Shown one piece after another: positions 30,874-40,260 of a DNA stretch of 64,000 nt (positions within the stretch are counted from its first letter, which is position 1; every line of letters starts with the position of its first letter). Where the stretch lies: the NCBI GenBank assembly GCA_963705145.1, contig CAVPJA010000004.1, positions 43,810-107,809 of the forward strand, given 5' to 3'. The notes under the pieces were generated by a model. It was given only the letters and a program-made list of their open reading frames with translations, had not been told where the DNA came from and searched no databases. Position numbers and translations under genes: made by a program. The stretch comes from Candidatus Bathyarchaeota archaeon (GTDB lineage: Archaea > Thermoproteota > Bathyarchaeia > Bathyarchaeales > Bathycorpusculaceae).

Positions 30874-30960
30874 ATGTCCAATTCCAAAAACAAAAACGAC
30901 GGCAACGTATCACCGTTCCTTAGCTTCGACTACTATTTTTATTATTACCATTTTCCTTAA
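30874..30960 (+). CDS. Putative Tyr/Phe-rich leader peptide MSNSKNKNDGNVSPFLSFDYYFYYYHFP
   Basis: 28-codon ORF with 5 Tyr + 4 Phe codons in the last 14, directly upstream of the shikimate/Tyr operon. Confidence 0.8.
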   Translation: MSNSKNKNDGNVSPFLSFDYYFYYYHFP

Positions 30961-30999
30961 GCCCAGAACTGAAAAATTTTTTTGGGAACGGTTCTGGGC
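30961..30999 (+). promoter_or_regulatory. Attenuator-like RNA element: 10-bp hairpin enclosing a U7 tract
   Basis: GCCCAGAACT (30961-70) pairs with GGTTCTGGGC (30990-99); T7 at 30977-83; starts at the base after the leader stop codon. Confidence 0.65.
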
Positions 31000-31017
31000 A
31001 AAACACGGGTGACCTAA

Positions 31018-32253
31018 ATGGCAGATAACAAAAAAATTGTTGTAAAATTCGGCGGCTCTAGCCTTGCCGACCATGAACGTCTCTTAAAAGCGGTAGTTGC
31101 CGTAGTGAACGAATCAAAGAAAGGCACAAAAATCGCTGTTGTAGTTTCCGCCATGGGCAAAACAACCGATGTTCTAATGTCTACAGCCAAAAATACTTCG
31201 AATGGGAAATTAGAGAAACACGATTTAGATGATATTCTCTCAATGGGTGAACGTACCAGCGTACGCATATTTTCAGCTGCCCTAAAAAGCAACGGAGCAA
31301 ACTCATGCTATTTTGACCCAATAGACTGCAACTGGCCAATAATAACCGATGCAGCTTTTCAAAACGCTAACCCAATCCTCAAAGAATGTGCGAAAAACAT
31401 CAAAGAATGCATCCTGCCAATGGTTGAAAAAGGTACAATACCCGTCATCGCAGGGTTCCTTGGCAAAACCAAAGAAGGTAAAGTAACCACTTTGGGCAGA
31501 GGCGGAAGCGACACTACAGCATTCATTTTAGCGGAAGCGTTAGGTGCGGACCTAGTTGTTTTAGTCACGGATGCAGATGGCATAATGTCTGGTGACCCAA
31601 AAATCATTGCGAACCCGCAGAGACTTAAAGAAATCGACGTTAACACTCTTGTAGGCTTGGCGGATTCAGGAGCCAAGTTTATCCACAGCAAAGCCTTAAA
31701 ATACAAACCCAAAAACATCGATGTTAAAGTCATAAGCAACAAGAATAGCGACTTAAGCAGTGAAGGCACCCTCATCAAAGGTGCATTAATTTCGGAGCTG
31801 GACGCGGAAATAGCTCATCCAACCCCAGTCTCGGAAATAACCGTGATTGGAAAAGGCATCTCCGCAAACCCCCAAGTCATCACCGAAATGGTAGAGAAAG
31901 TAAAGGAAAACTCGATCCTCTTGGGAATGTCAATGAACACTAACTCTATTATTCTCTATGTCCCACAAGAAAAAAACATCGAAACCCTCTTCAACCAAAT
32001 TCACAAAATATCCACAAACAACAAAGAAACCATTGCGATGGCGGTCAAAAAAGATTTGGTGTTCATACAAACTAGCGGTGTGGGCTTAGAAGAAACCCAT
32101 GGCATTATTGGAAGAATAAGCGAAGACCTACGAGTCAATGGAATAAACATCTCAGGTATACTGACTATTACCTCGAGTATCCTGCTGTTTGTAGATTGGA
32201 ATGAGAAAGAAAAAGCATTAAAGTTAATTAAAAACTCACTTAAAACACGTTAA
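31018..32253 (+). CDS. Aspartate kinase, second paralog heading the aromatic operon
   Basis: KFGGSS, VVSAMG, SMGER, GRGGSDTTA, ACT-like C-terminus. Confidence 0.85.
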   Translation: MADNKKIVVKFGGSSLADHERLLKAVVAVVNESKKGTKIAVVVSAMGKTTDVLMSTAKNTSNGKLEKHDLDDILSMGERTSVRIFSAALKSNGANSCYFDPIDCNWPIITDAAFQNANPILKECAKNIKECILPMVEKGTIPVIAGFLGKTKEGKVTTLGRGGSDTTAFILAEALGADLVVLVTDADGIMSGDPKIIANPQRLKEIDVNTLVGLADSGAKFIHSKALKYKPKNIDVKVISNKNSDLSSEGTLIKGALISELDAEIAHPTPVSEITVIGKGISANPQVITEMVEKVKENSILLGMSMNTNSIILYVPQEKNIETLFNQIHKISTNNKETIAMAVKKDLVFIQTSGVGLEETHGIIGRISEDLRVNGINISGILTITSSILLFVDWNEKEKALKLIKNSLKTR

Positions 32254-32264
32254 GGTGGAGAAAG

Positions 32265-33056
32265 ATGAATACAGGAAAAAACCGCAGACTAAGAAGAATC
32301 ATGCAGCAAGATAACCGCACTGTAATCGTGCCTATGGATCATGGCGTCACAATCGGACCCATCCAAGGCATAACTAACATGTATGAAATAACCACTAAAC
32401 TGGTGAAGGGAAACGCAGACGCTATCCTTGTCCACAAAGGCATAGCCAAATGCATCGATACCGGACACGCAGGACTCATAGTTATGTTGTCAGGCATGTC
32501 AAACCTTAGCCCTAACTTAAATGCCAAAGTACAAGTCTGCTCCGTGCAAGAAGCTATACGCATCGGCGCGGACGCAGTCTCTGTGCACGTAAACGTTGGA
32601 GCCCAAGACGAAGACAAAATGCTCCAGAATCTGGGCAAAGTCTCAGAAGAATGTGACCTCTTCGGTCTCCCACTCCTTGCTATGATGTATCCGCGTGGAC
32701 CAAAAATCAAAAACGAGCATTCACCTGAAGTGGTAGCACACGCAGCAAGAATCGGAGCAGAGCTTGGCGCGGACATTATCAAAACCAACTATACAGGCGA
32801 CATAGAAACCTTCAAAACTATAGTTGAAAGCTGCCCCGTTCCAGTGGTCATCGCTGGCGGACCAAAATGCAAATCCACCCAAGAAGTCCTCCAAACAACA
32901 TTTGATTCGCTTAAAGCTGGAGCCGCTGGACTTTCGATTGGACGAAACGTGTTCCAATGCGAAAACCCAACTCAAATTGTCAAAGCACTTTCAGCTATTG
33001 TCCACGAAAACGCGTCGGTGGAGAAAGCGCTTAAGGTTCTCGGTGAAAAGCGTTGA
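32265..33056 (+). CDS. aroA': 2-amino-3,7-dideoxy-D-threo-hept-6-ulosonate (ADH) synthase
   Basis: PMDHG, MYPRG, ELGADIIKT, AGGPK, GRNVFQ (class I aldolase) next to DHQ synthase II. Confidence 0.9.
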   Translation: MNTGKNRRLRRIMQQDNRTVIVPMDHGVTIGPIQGITNMYEITTKLVKGNADAILVHKGIAKCIDTGHAGLIVMLSGMSNLSPNLNAKVQVCSVQEAIRIGADAVSVHVNVGAQDEDKMLQNLGKVSEECDLFGLPLLAMMYPRGPKIKNEHSPEVVAHAARIGAELGADIIKTNYTGDIETFKTIVESCPVPVVIAGGPKCKSTQEVLQTTFDSLKAGAAGLSIGRNVFQCENPTQIVKALSAIVHENASVEKALKVLGEKR

Positions 33057-34093
33057 AGATACTCTGGATAGAAATAGACCCAAAAACTTCGACTCAAGAA
33101 AAAGAGAGTTTACTTAGCCTTTCCAATGAAAACGCGGATGTAATCCTTGAAGGGGACCAAACGAGCAACCGCAACGGCAAACTCGAAATAGTTTTCCTAA
33201 GTGATTTAAACGAGAAAAAGCTTGCCCAACTAAAGAGAGAAGGCAAAAAAACTGCCCTTCGAGTTACCATTCAGGGCAAAGAAGACGAAAACAAAGCCGC
33301 CAAAGCCGCAGACCTCGGCGTTGACTATGTGATAATAAACTGTCTCGACTGGCGAGTGATTCCACTTGAAAACTTGATTGCGAAAGGTAGAGGAAAAAGC
33401 ACCTTAATCGCTGAAGTCACGACCTCTGAAGATGCGAAGGTGGTTTTGGAAGCGCTCGAACTTGGAACTGATGGGGTGCTTATTAAAACTGGAAACCCAA
33501 ACGAACTGGAAAAAACAATCAAACTCATTAAGTCACAAGCCCCAAAAATGGTGATAACACCAGCGAAGATTTTGTCAATTAAGCCCATTGGTTCGGGCGC
33601 CAGAGTTTGCGTTGACACCGTTGACTTGATGGTTCCTGGCGAAGGTATGCTTGTAGGATGTCAATCGGCGGGGTTTTTCCTTGTTGAAGCTGAAGTGAAC
33701 GAGAATCCCTATGTGCAGTCTAGACCTTTCAGGGTTAACGCTGGACCCGCTTCACACTACACCTTAACATCGACGCAGAGTACGCGATACCTCTCGGAAC
33801 TCAAGGCAGGAGACGAAGTTTTAATCGTTAACCGAGAGGGTAAAGTCAGATTAACAAACGTAGGCAGAAGCAAAATTGAGTTCCGACCATTAATTCTCAT
33901 TGAAGCCCAAGCATCGGATACAAAAATAAAAACTATTCTTCAGAATGCCGAAACCATCCGCCTAGTAACTCCGAAAGCATCAAAACCAGTCACAGAACTA
34001 AAGGCAAACGACGAAGTCTTAGTGCATATAGCCGTGAAGGGAGGAAGACACTTCGGCATATCTGTGCCTGAAGAAACGGTGATTGAAAAGTGA
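33053..34093 (+). CDS. aroB': 3-dehydroquinate synthase II
   Basis: DWRVIPLENLIA, RVCVDT, RPFRVNAG, LQNAETIRL, GRHFG. Confidence 0.93.
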   Translation: MKILWIEIDPKTSTQEKESLLSLSNENADVILEGDQTSNRNGKLEIVFLSDLNEKKLAQLKREGKKTALRVTIQGKEDENKAAKAADLGVDYVIINCLDWRVIPLENLIAKGRGKSTLIAEVTTSEDAKVVLEALELGTDGVLIKTGNPNELEKTIKLIKSQAPKMVITPAKILSIKPIGSGARVCVDTVDLMVPGEGMLVGCQSAGFFLVEAEVNENPYVQSRPFRVNAGPASHYTLTSTQSTRYLSELKAGDEVLIVNREGKVRLTNVGRSKIEFRPLILIEAQASDTKIKTILQNAETIRLVTPKASKPVTELKANDEVLVHIAVKGGRHFGISVPEETVIEK

Positions 34094-34773
34094 CCCCGAG
34101 AATCTGTATTTCGATTCTCCCAAAAAACAGCATAGAAGCATTAAACCTCATTGAAAAGGCAGAGAAAGCCAAAGCTGACTTCATAGAAGTAAGGCTTGAC
34201 TGCCTTGAAACCTCCCTCAAGCTATCCGAATTATCAGCAAGCACGAAAGTCCCTTTAATTGCCACCAACAAACTCCAAAGAGAAAAGGGATTTTTTGCTG
34301 GAACAGAATCTGAGCGTCAGCAAACCCTGCTTAAGGCAGCTAAAAGTGGCTTTGAGTACGTTGATATTAATTTGTCAAGTCCAAAATACAAAGAAACTAT
34401 CAGCCAGCTTAAGCTGTTGGGGGCCAAAACCATCGTTTCCTACCACAAGTTCGACGGGGCACTCAACGTTTCAGCGATGGCGGCGGTTCTAGATGAAGAA
34501 CTTGCCAGCGGCGCATTCGTCTGCAAGATTGTGACAACTGCTAAACAGATAGAGGACAACCTGCCTGTTTTGAGTTTTGTTTCTTTTGCTTCCAACAAGG
34601 CTAAGCTGGTTTGTTTCTGCATGGGTGAACACGGCAGGGTTTCGAGGGTTCTCTCACCATTGTTTGGGGCTTTTTTCACTTTTGCCTCACTTGAAGAGGG
34701 TAGTGCAACGGCGGCGGGACAAATGAGCATAAATGAAATGAAGACTGCTTATACTCTGTTGAGGAATAAATGA
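34090..34773 (+). CDS. aroD: Type I 3-dehydroquinate dehydratase
   Basis: IEVRLD, VSYH, CKIV, MGEHGRVSR, AAGQ. Confidence 0.9.
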   Translation: MTPRICISILPKNSIEALNLIEKAEKAKADFIEVRLDCLETSLKLSELSASTKVPLIATNKLQREKGFFAGTESERQQTLLKAAKSGFEYVDINLSSPKYKETISQLKLLGAKTIVSYHKFDGALNVSAMAAVLDEELASGAFVCKIVTTAKQIEDNLPVLSFVSFASNKAKLVCFCMGEHGRVSRVLSPLFGAFFTFASLEEGSATAAGQMSINEMKTAYTLLRNK

Positions 34774-34774
34774 T

Positions 34775-35632
34775 ATGGGTATATCTGGAAAAACAAAGGT
34801 ATGCGGTGTCATCGGGGACCCAATAGAGCACACATTAAGCCCAATCATGCACAACGCAGCATTCAACGCCCTAAATCTCGACTACGTGTTTTTAGCTTTC
34901 AAGGTGAAGCCTGCGGAAGTTGAAAACGCAGTGAACGGCATGCGAGCCCTAAACATCCGTGGCTTAAACGTAACAATGCCGCATAAAACTCCAGTCTTAA
35001 AATTTCTAGATAGGACCGACTTATCAGCTCAAATCATAAACTCAGTAAACACCATCTTAAACAGGGATAACAAACTCTTCGGCTTCAACACAGACGGAGT
35101 CGGTGCATTGAAAGCTCTCAGAGAAAACGGGGTGGAATTGAAGGGGCGAAAGGTTCTGTTGTTGGGTGCAGGAGGTGCGGCTAGAGCCATAGCTTACACG
35201 ATGGCTAAAGAAGCTGACGAGTTGGCCGTGTTGAATCGTTCCCTAAAACCAGCTCAAGAATTAGCCAAACTCCTTGAGAAGACCGCAAACAAAAAAATTG
35301 TTTCAGGCTCACTTTCGCCGAAAGAAATCGAGCAAAACCTGCAAGACTCAGACGTTTTAATTAATGCTACATCAGTGGGAATGAAACCGAAAACTGAGGA
35401 AACCCCAGTAGCGTCTAAACTGTTGCGCCCAAACTTAGCTGTAATGGACATAGTCTATAACCCAATTGAAACTAAACTGGCTAAAGACGCGAAGGCGGCA
35501 GGTGCGAAAGTGGTTAGTGGGGTTGAGATGTTGATTTATCAGGGTGCGGCGTCGTTTGAGATTTGGACGGGTAAGTCTGCGCCTGTTGATGTTATGAGGC
35601 AGGCCGCGCTCAATCATTTATCGAAGGTGTAA
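34775..35632 (+). CDS. aroE: Shikimate dehydrogenase
   Basis: HTLSPIMHN, NVTMPHK, NTDG, GAGGAA, MLIYQG. Confidence 0.95.
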   Translation: MGISGKTKVCGVIGDPIEHTLSPIMHNAAFNALNLDYVFLAFKVKPAEVENAVNGMRALNIRGLNVTMPHKTPVLKFLDRTDLSAQIINSVNTILNRDNKLFGFNTDGVGALKALRENGVELKGRKVLLLGAGGAARAIAYTMAKEADELAVLNRSLKPAQELAKLLEKTANKKIVSGSLSPKEIEQNLQDSDVLINATSVGMKPKTEETPVASKLLRPNLAVMDIVYNPIETKLAKDAKAAGAKVVSGVEMLIYQGAASFEIWTGKSAPVDVMRQAALNHLSKV

Positions 35633-35634
35633 AC

Positions 35635-36504
35635 TTGACGGGTAAAGCGGTGGCTATTGCTCATGGGGCAACAACAATCGTTAACGCAATTGCGTTGGGG
35701 AAGGGTGCTGCGTTTGGGATTGATTTGTGGACTAGAGCTGAAGTTAACTTAACCGATGAATCAGGCGTTATTAGGGCTGAGATAGTTTCTGACCCAAAAG
35801 AAAGCACACTCCTTATAGAAAAAACCGCTGCAAGAGTCCTGCGAAGATTTGGTTTAGAGAAGAGTTTTGGCGTGAAAATAAAAACCATATCTAACATTCC
35901 CATCGCACGAGGGCTTAAGAGCAGTAGTGTAGCCGCAAATGCAACAGCTCTTGCGACTACAGCTGCACTGGGAAAAACCCTTGATGACCTAGAAATCATA
36001 AAGTTGGGTGTTGAAGCAGCTTTTGACGCCAAAGTCACAATCACGGGCGCATTTGATGATGCTTGTGCTTCTTATTTTGGCGGCATAATAATCACTGACA
36101 ATCTAAAAAGAGAAATAATCAAACAATATCCGTTGCGTGAGGATTTAGTTGTGCTCTTCCATGTGCCACCCCAAAAAGCCTACACGATCGACTGCAATGT
36201 AAGTAGGCTTAAAACTCTCAGACCTCTCGTTGAAGTCGCTTTCGAGAAGGCTTTAGACGGCAAAATCTGGGAAGCACTAACTCTTAACGGATTAATTTAC
36301 TCTTCAGCTTCCAACCTCAATACATCAATTGTCATCGACGCATTAGTTGCTGGCGCAGTAGCGGTTGGACTCTGCGGCAAAGGGCCAGCGGTTACGGCTG
36401 TGGTTTCAAAGGATAAAGTTGATTTGGTGAAGACTTCTTTCCAGAAATATGAAGGTGAAATATTGCAGACTCAATTGAACTGTGATAAAGCCAAGGTGCT
36501 CTAA
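35635..36504 (+). CDS. aroK: Archaeal (GHMP) shikimate kinase
   Basis: IPIARGLKSSS, TITGAFDDACAS. Confidence 0.93.
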   Translation: MTGKAVAIAHGATTIVNAIALGKGAAFGIDLWTRAEVNLTDESGVIRAEIVSDPKESTLLIEKTAARVLRRFGLEKSFGVKIKTISNIPIARGLKSSSVAANATALATTAALGKTLDDLEIIKLGVEAAFDAKVTITGAFDDACASYFGGIIITDNLKREIIKQYPLREDLVVLFHVPPQKAYTIDCNVSRLKTLRPLVEVAFEKALDGKIWEALTLNGLIYSSASNLNTSIVIDALVAGAVAVGLCGKGPAVTAVVSKDKVDLVKTSFQKYEGEILQTQLNCDKAKVL

Positions 36505-36507
36505 CCA

Positions 36508-37806
36508 ATGGCGGATGTAATCGTTAAAAAAACTGAGAAGCTGAGCGGTCAAGTTTGCGCACCATCGTCTAAGTCCTACACTCAGAGGATGGTTATTGCC
36601 GCTGCGTTATCAAAGGGAACATCTAAAGTTTTTTTTCCTCTTTTGTCCGAAGACACCGAAGCAACACTACGCGCTGTCATTGCTTTGGGTGCAAAGGTAA
36701 CTGTAACAGACGGCTGCTGGACAATCGAAAGCACTAAGGCGCTCAAAGGCGCAAAAGAACCAATCGACTGCGGCGAATCAGGAGCTACATTGCGTTTCAT
36801 GGTTCCTGTAGCCGCGCTAGCAAAGGAGCCTTCGACTCTATTGTTTAAGGGTTCAATTGAGAAGCGACCTGTGGAACCATTACTATATAGCCTCAATGAA
36901 CTTGGCGCCAAGGTTCATATCGGAAAATTCGGTGATAAAGACGCGGTTTTCGTGGAGGGTGGCGGTATTCTTGGAGGCGAAACCTCCATTCCGGGCAACG
37001 TTAGCTCGCAGTTTATTTCTGGTTTGATGTTTGCCTGCCCAAAAGCTCAAACGGACACCGAAATAATGTTGTCTTCTCCGTTGGAGTCTGAAGGTTACGT
37101 TAAGATGACCGAGGCTGTTCTTGTTGATCATGGAGTTAAAGCGTCTGCACATGAAAATCATATTCATATACCAGCAAACCAAACCTACACGCCCGCCGAC
37201 GGTAGGGTTCCAGGCGACTTCTCTTCAGCAGCTTTCCTCGTTGCTGCGGCAGCTATTACCCACTCTAAAGTCCAAATAAACAACCTTGACTATAGTAGTG
37301 TTCAAGGAGACAAAGCGATTATAGGTATCCTAAAACATATGGGTGTCAATGGAAAAGTTTGTCCGGACAGCGTTGAGATTGAAGGTTCAGGCAGTATGTT
37401 CAAAACAGATGAAGTAGATGCCAAACACATTCCTGACCTTGCTCCCGTCATCGCGGTTCTGATGTGTTATGCAAAGGGTACTTCCCACATTTTTGGTGCA
37501 AATAGGCTTCGGCTTAAAGAATCTGACCGTCTCGAATCACTTTACATTGAGTTAAAAAAGATGGGCGCCCAAATCACCATCAATAACGATGGCTTAATCA
37601 TAGAAGGTGGTTCAACTTTACACGGCGCAATAATAGATCCACACAACGACCACCGAATCGCGATGGCTTGTGCAGTTGCCGCTTTAGGCGCAGAAGGACA
37701 AACCACAATCCAAAACGCCGATTGCGTCAGAAAGTCTTATCCGCAGTTCTTCACTCATCTAAGACAAATAGGAGCTGACGTTGTTGGCGGGAAATTCGAT
37801 AGGTAA
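36508..37806 (+). CDS. aroA: EPSP synthase
   Basis: SKSYTQR, ESGATLR, SSQFISG, RLKESDR, DHRIAMA, KSYP. Confidence 0.95.
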   Translation: MADVIVKKTEKLSGQVCAPSSKSYTQRMVIAAALSKGTSKVFFPLLSEDTEATLRAVIALGAKVTVTDGCWTIESTKALKGAKEPIDCGESGATLRFMVPVAALAKEPSTLLFKGSIEKRPVEPLLYSLNELGAKVHIGKFGDKDAVFVEGGGILGGETSIPGNVSSQFISGLMFACPKAQTDTEIMLSSPLESEGYVKMTEAVLVDHGVKASAHENHIHIPANQTYTPADGRVPGDFSSAAFLVAAAAITHSKVQINNLDYSSVQGDKAIIGILKHMGVNGKVCPDSVEIEGSGSMFKTDEVDAKHIPDLAPVIAVLMCYAKGTSHIFGANRLRLKESDRLESLYIELKKMGAQITINNDGLIIEGGSTLHGAIIDPHNDHRIAMACAVAALGAEGQTTIQNADCVRKSYPQFFTHLRQIGADVVGGKFDR

Positions 37807-38887
37807 AGAATTCACAGTTACTACGTTTGGTGAGAGCCATGGCAAAGTGGTTGGTGTAGTTGTGGATGGTTGTCCAGCAGGTTTGCCTCTTTCTGAAGGC
37901 GATTTTCAAGGGGAACTTGACCGCAGGATTCCAGCTGAGCCAAAGATCGTTTCTGCACGTGTAGAGAAAGATGTTATCAAGGTTCTTTCAGGGATTTTCA
38001 ACGGATTTACAACCGGGGCTCCAATAGCCGTGTTGGTCGAGAACAAGGAAACAGACTCCAGCGATTACGAAGCCATGAAAGATCTACCAAGACCCGGGCA
38101 CTCAGATTACCCAGCCCGAATCAAGTATGGTGGCTTAAACGATTATCGAGGCGGAGGACGCTTCTCAGGTAGAGTTACTGTAGCACTAATCATGGCTGGC
38201 ACTATCGCAAAAAAAATACTTAGTCGCTTTGACGTTGATGTGTTGGCTTACACTTCAGCGATTGGGCAAGTTAAGGCTGACAAAAAGTTCAGCACCGACG
38301 AAATACGCAAAAACCGCTATGCCACAGCAACAAGATGCCCCGACATAAGTTGTGGAGAAAAGATGGAGGAAGCTATAGTGAACGCCAAAAAGGAAGGCGA
38401 CAGTCTAGGCGGAATAATCGAGTGTCTAATGCTTGGTATGCCCGTTGGTGTAGGTGAACCATTATTTGACGCATTAGATGCCGATTTGGCTAAATCAGTA
38501 TTTGCGGTTCCAGCGGTTAAGGGCGTCGAGTTTGGCGTGGGTTTTGAAGCTACACAGATGAAGGGGTCGCAGAACAATGACACTTACCAAATAGAAAAGG
38601 GACAAGTTGTGTCTTTAACCGATAATGCCGGAGGCGTTTTAGGCGGTTTATCCAGCGGCATGCCAATCATGATGCGAGTGGCGATTAAACCAACACCTTC
38701 CATCGCGAAGGAACAGAAAACTGTTAACCTTAAAAAAATGGAAAACGCAGTCTTAAGTGTAAAGGGCAGGCATGATCCATGTGTAGTTCCTAAAGCTGTT
38801 CCAGCTATCGAAGCTGCCATTGCAATAACCTTAGTTGACCACATGATCCGAGCGGGTTTTATACCGCGCGTTCTCAAGAGGAAGTAA
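37784..38887 (+). CDS. aroC: Chorismate synthase
   Basis: FGESHG, RPGHSD, GGGRFSGR, KPTPSI, GRHDPC. Confidence 0.95.
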   Translation: MAGNSIGKEFTVTTFGESHGKVVGVVVDGCPAGLPLSEGDFQGELDRRIPAEPKIVSARVEKDVIKVLSGIFNGFTTGAPIAVLVENKETDSSDYEAMKDLPRPGHSDYPARIKYGGLNDYRGGGRFSGRVTVALIMAGTIAKKILSRFDVDVLAYTSAIGQVKADKKFSTDEIRKNRYATATRCPDISCGEKMEEAIVNAKKEGDSLGGIIECLMLGMPVGVGEPLFDALDADLAKSVFAVPAVKGVEFGVGFEATQMKGSQNNDTYQIEKGQVVSLTDNAGGVLGGLSSGMPIMMRVAIKPTPSIAKEQKTVNLKKMENAVLSVKGRHDPCVVPKAVPAIEAAIAITLVDHMIRAGFIPRVLKRK

Positions 38888-38889
38888 AT

Positions 38890-39150
38890 ATGGCTGAAAT
38901 CTCCATGCAGCGAAAAAAAATAGATGAAATTGATGACCAAATCCTGTTGGCACTTTGCGAGAGAGTTAAGGTTTGTAAGGCAATTGGCGATGCCAAAAAA
39001 AGGCAGAGCATGCCAATACGCGATTTATTTAGGGAAAGTGAAGTTTTCAAGCGCATAAAAGAAAAAGCCGTCCAAATAGGCTTAAACGCTGGTCAGGTTG
39101 AAGCGGTTTACCGCGAAATAGTTAATATGTGCAGTGCTGTTCAAGAATAA
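38890..39150 (+). CDS. Monofunctional chorismate mutase (AroQ type)
   Basis: RKKIDEIDDQILLALCER...IGDAK...RE. Confidence 0.88.
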   Translation: MAEISMQRKKIDEIDDQILLALCERVKVCKAIGDAKKRQSMPIRDLFRESEVFKRIKEKAVQIGLNAGQVEAVYREIVNMCSAVQE

Positions 39151-39177
39151 AACGCTCTTAACGGAGACGCCAAAGAT

Positions 39178-40260
39178 ATGCTCTACGAGATAAATGAGAA
39201 AGCTCTTAAACTTGAAAGCGAAGGAAAAAAGATAATTCGATTAAACCTTGGAGATCCAGACTTAGCTACGCCGCCTGAAATAGTGGAAGCCGCGTACGCT
39301 TCTATGAAGGCTGGTAAAACCAAGTATTCTTCTTCTTACGGCGAGTTAAAGCTGCGTCAGAAAATAGCTGAGGCACATGGCGTTCAAACTGAGAACGTGG
39401 TTATTACCCCGGGTTCTAAGTGGGGCATATTCGCCACGATGTTTTTGTTGCTAAAAGACGGCGGCAACGTTATCATTCCTACGCCTTACTGGACAGCTTA
39501 CGATTTAATAGCCAAAAGTCTTGGCGCCAAAACCAAATTGTTGCGAACCGAGCTTGAGAACGATTGGAAAGTCGATTTAGATAAGCTGGAAAAAATAATT
39601 GACAAAGATACACGCATGATCGTGCTCAACAACCCAAACAATCCTACAAGCAAAGTAATGGACGCAGAAACCTTAGACGGCATAGTGGAACTCGCCAACA
39701 AAAAAGGCATTACAATTCTCTCCGACGAAGTCTACGCCACAATAGCATTCACCAAAACCAAAAGCATATTAGACTACGACAAAGACTGCAAACATATTCT
39801 AAGCAACGGCTTTTCCAAAACTTTCACCATGACAGGCTGGCGAATTGGCTACATTATCGCCAACAAGATGCTGGTTGACAAAATAACCAAACTAAACCAA
39901 ATCACCATCAACAACGTCCCCGTTTTCATCCAGGACGCAGCACTCAAAGGCTTAGAACTCCATGCAAAAATCGCTTCAGCCATCAAAGCCAAATACAAAC
40001 TACGTGCCGACATGGCATGCACTAAACTCTCTGCAGCAGGCTTCAAATTTTCCAAACCCGATGCTCCCTTCTATGTGTTTCCCAAACTCGAAGGTTTAGA
40101 CGGAGAAAAATTCACTCTGGACCTTCTAGATAAAGGCGTTGCTGTTGCTCCAGGCACTTCTTTTGGCGATTACCGAGAACACTTCCGCATATCCTTAACT
40201 GCGCCCGACGACCAAATCGAGGCTGGGCTGGATAAAATCTGCGAGGTAGCAGCTAAATGA
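39178..40260 (+). CDS. Class I/II PLP aminotransferase (probable aromatic aminotransferase)
   Basis: NNPNNPT, SDEVY, GFSKTFTMTGWRIG; operon context. Confidence 0.88.
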   Translation: MLYEINEKALKLESEGKKIIRLNLGDPDLATPPEIVEAAYASMKAGKTKYSSSYGELKLRQKIAEAHGVQTENVVITPGSKWGIFATMFLLLKDGGNVIIPTPYWTAYDLIAKSLGAKTKLLRTELENDWKVDLDKLEKIIDKDTRMIVLNNPNNPTSKVMDAETLDGIVELANKKGITILSDEVYATIAFTKTKSILDYDKDCKHILSNGFSKTFTMTGWRIGYIIANKMLVDKITKLNQITINNVPVFIQDAALKGLELHAKIASAIKAKYKLRADMACTKLSAAGFKFSKPDAPFYVFPKLEGLDGEKFTLDLLDKGVAVAPGTSFGDYREHFRISLTAPDDQIEAGLDKICEVAAK

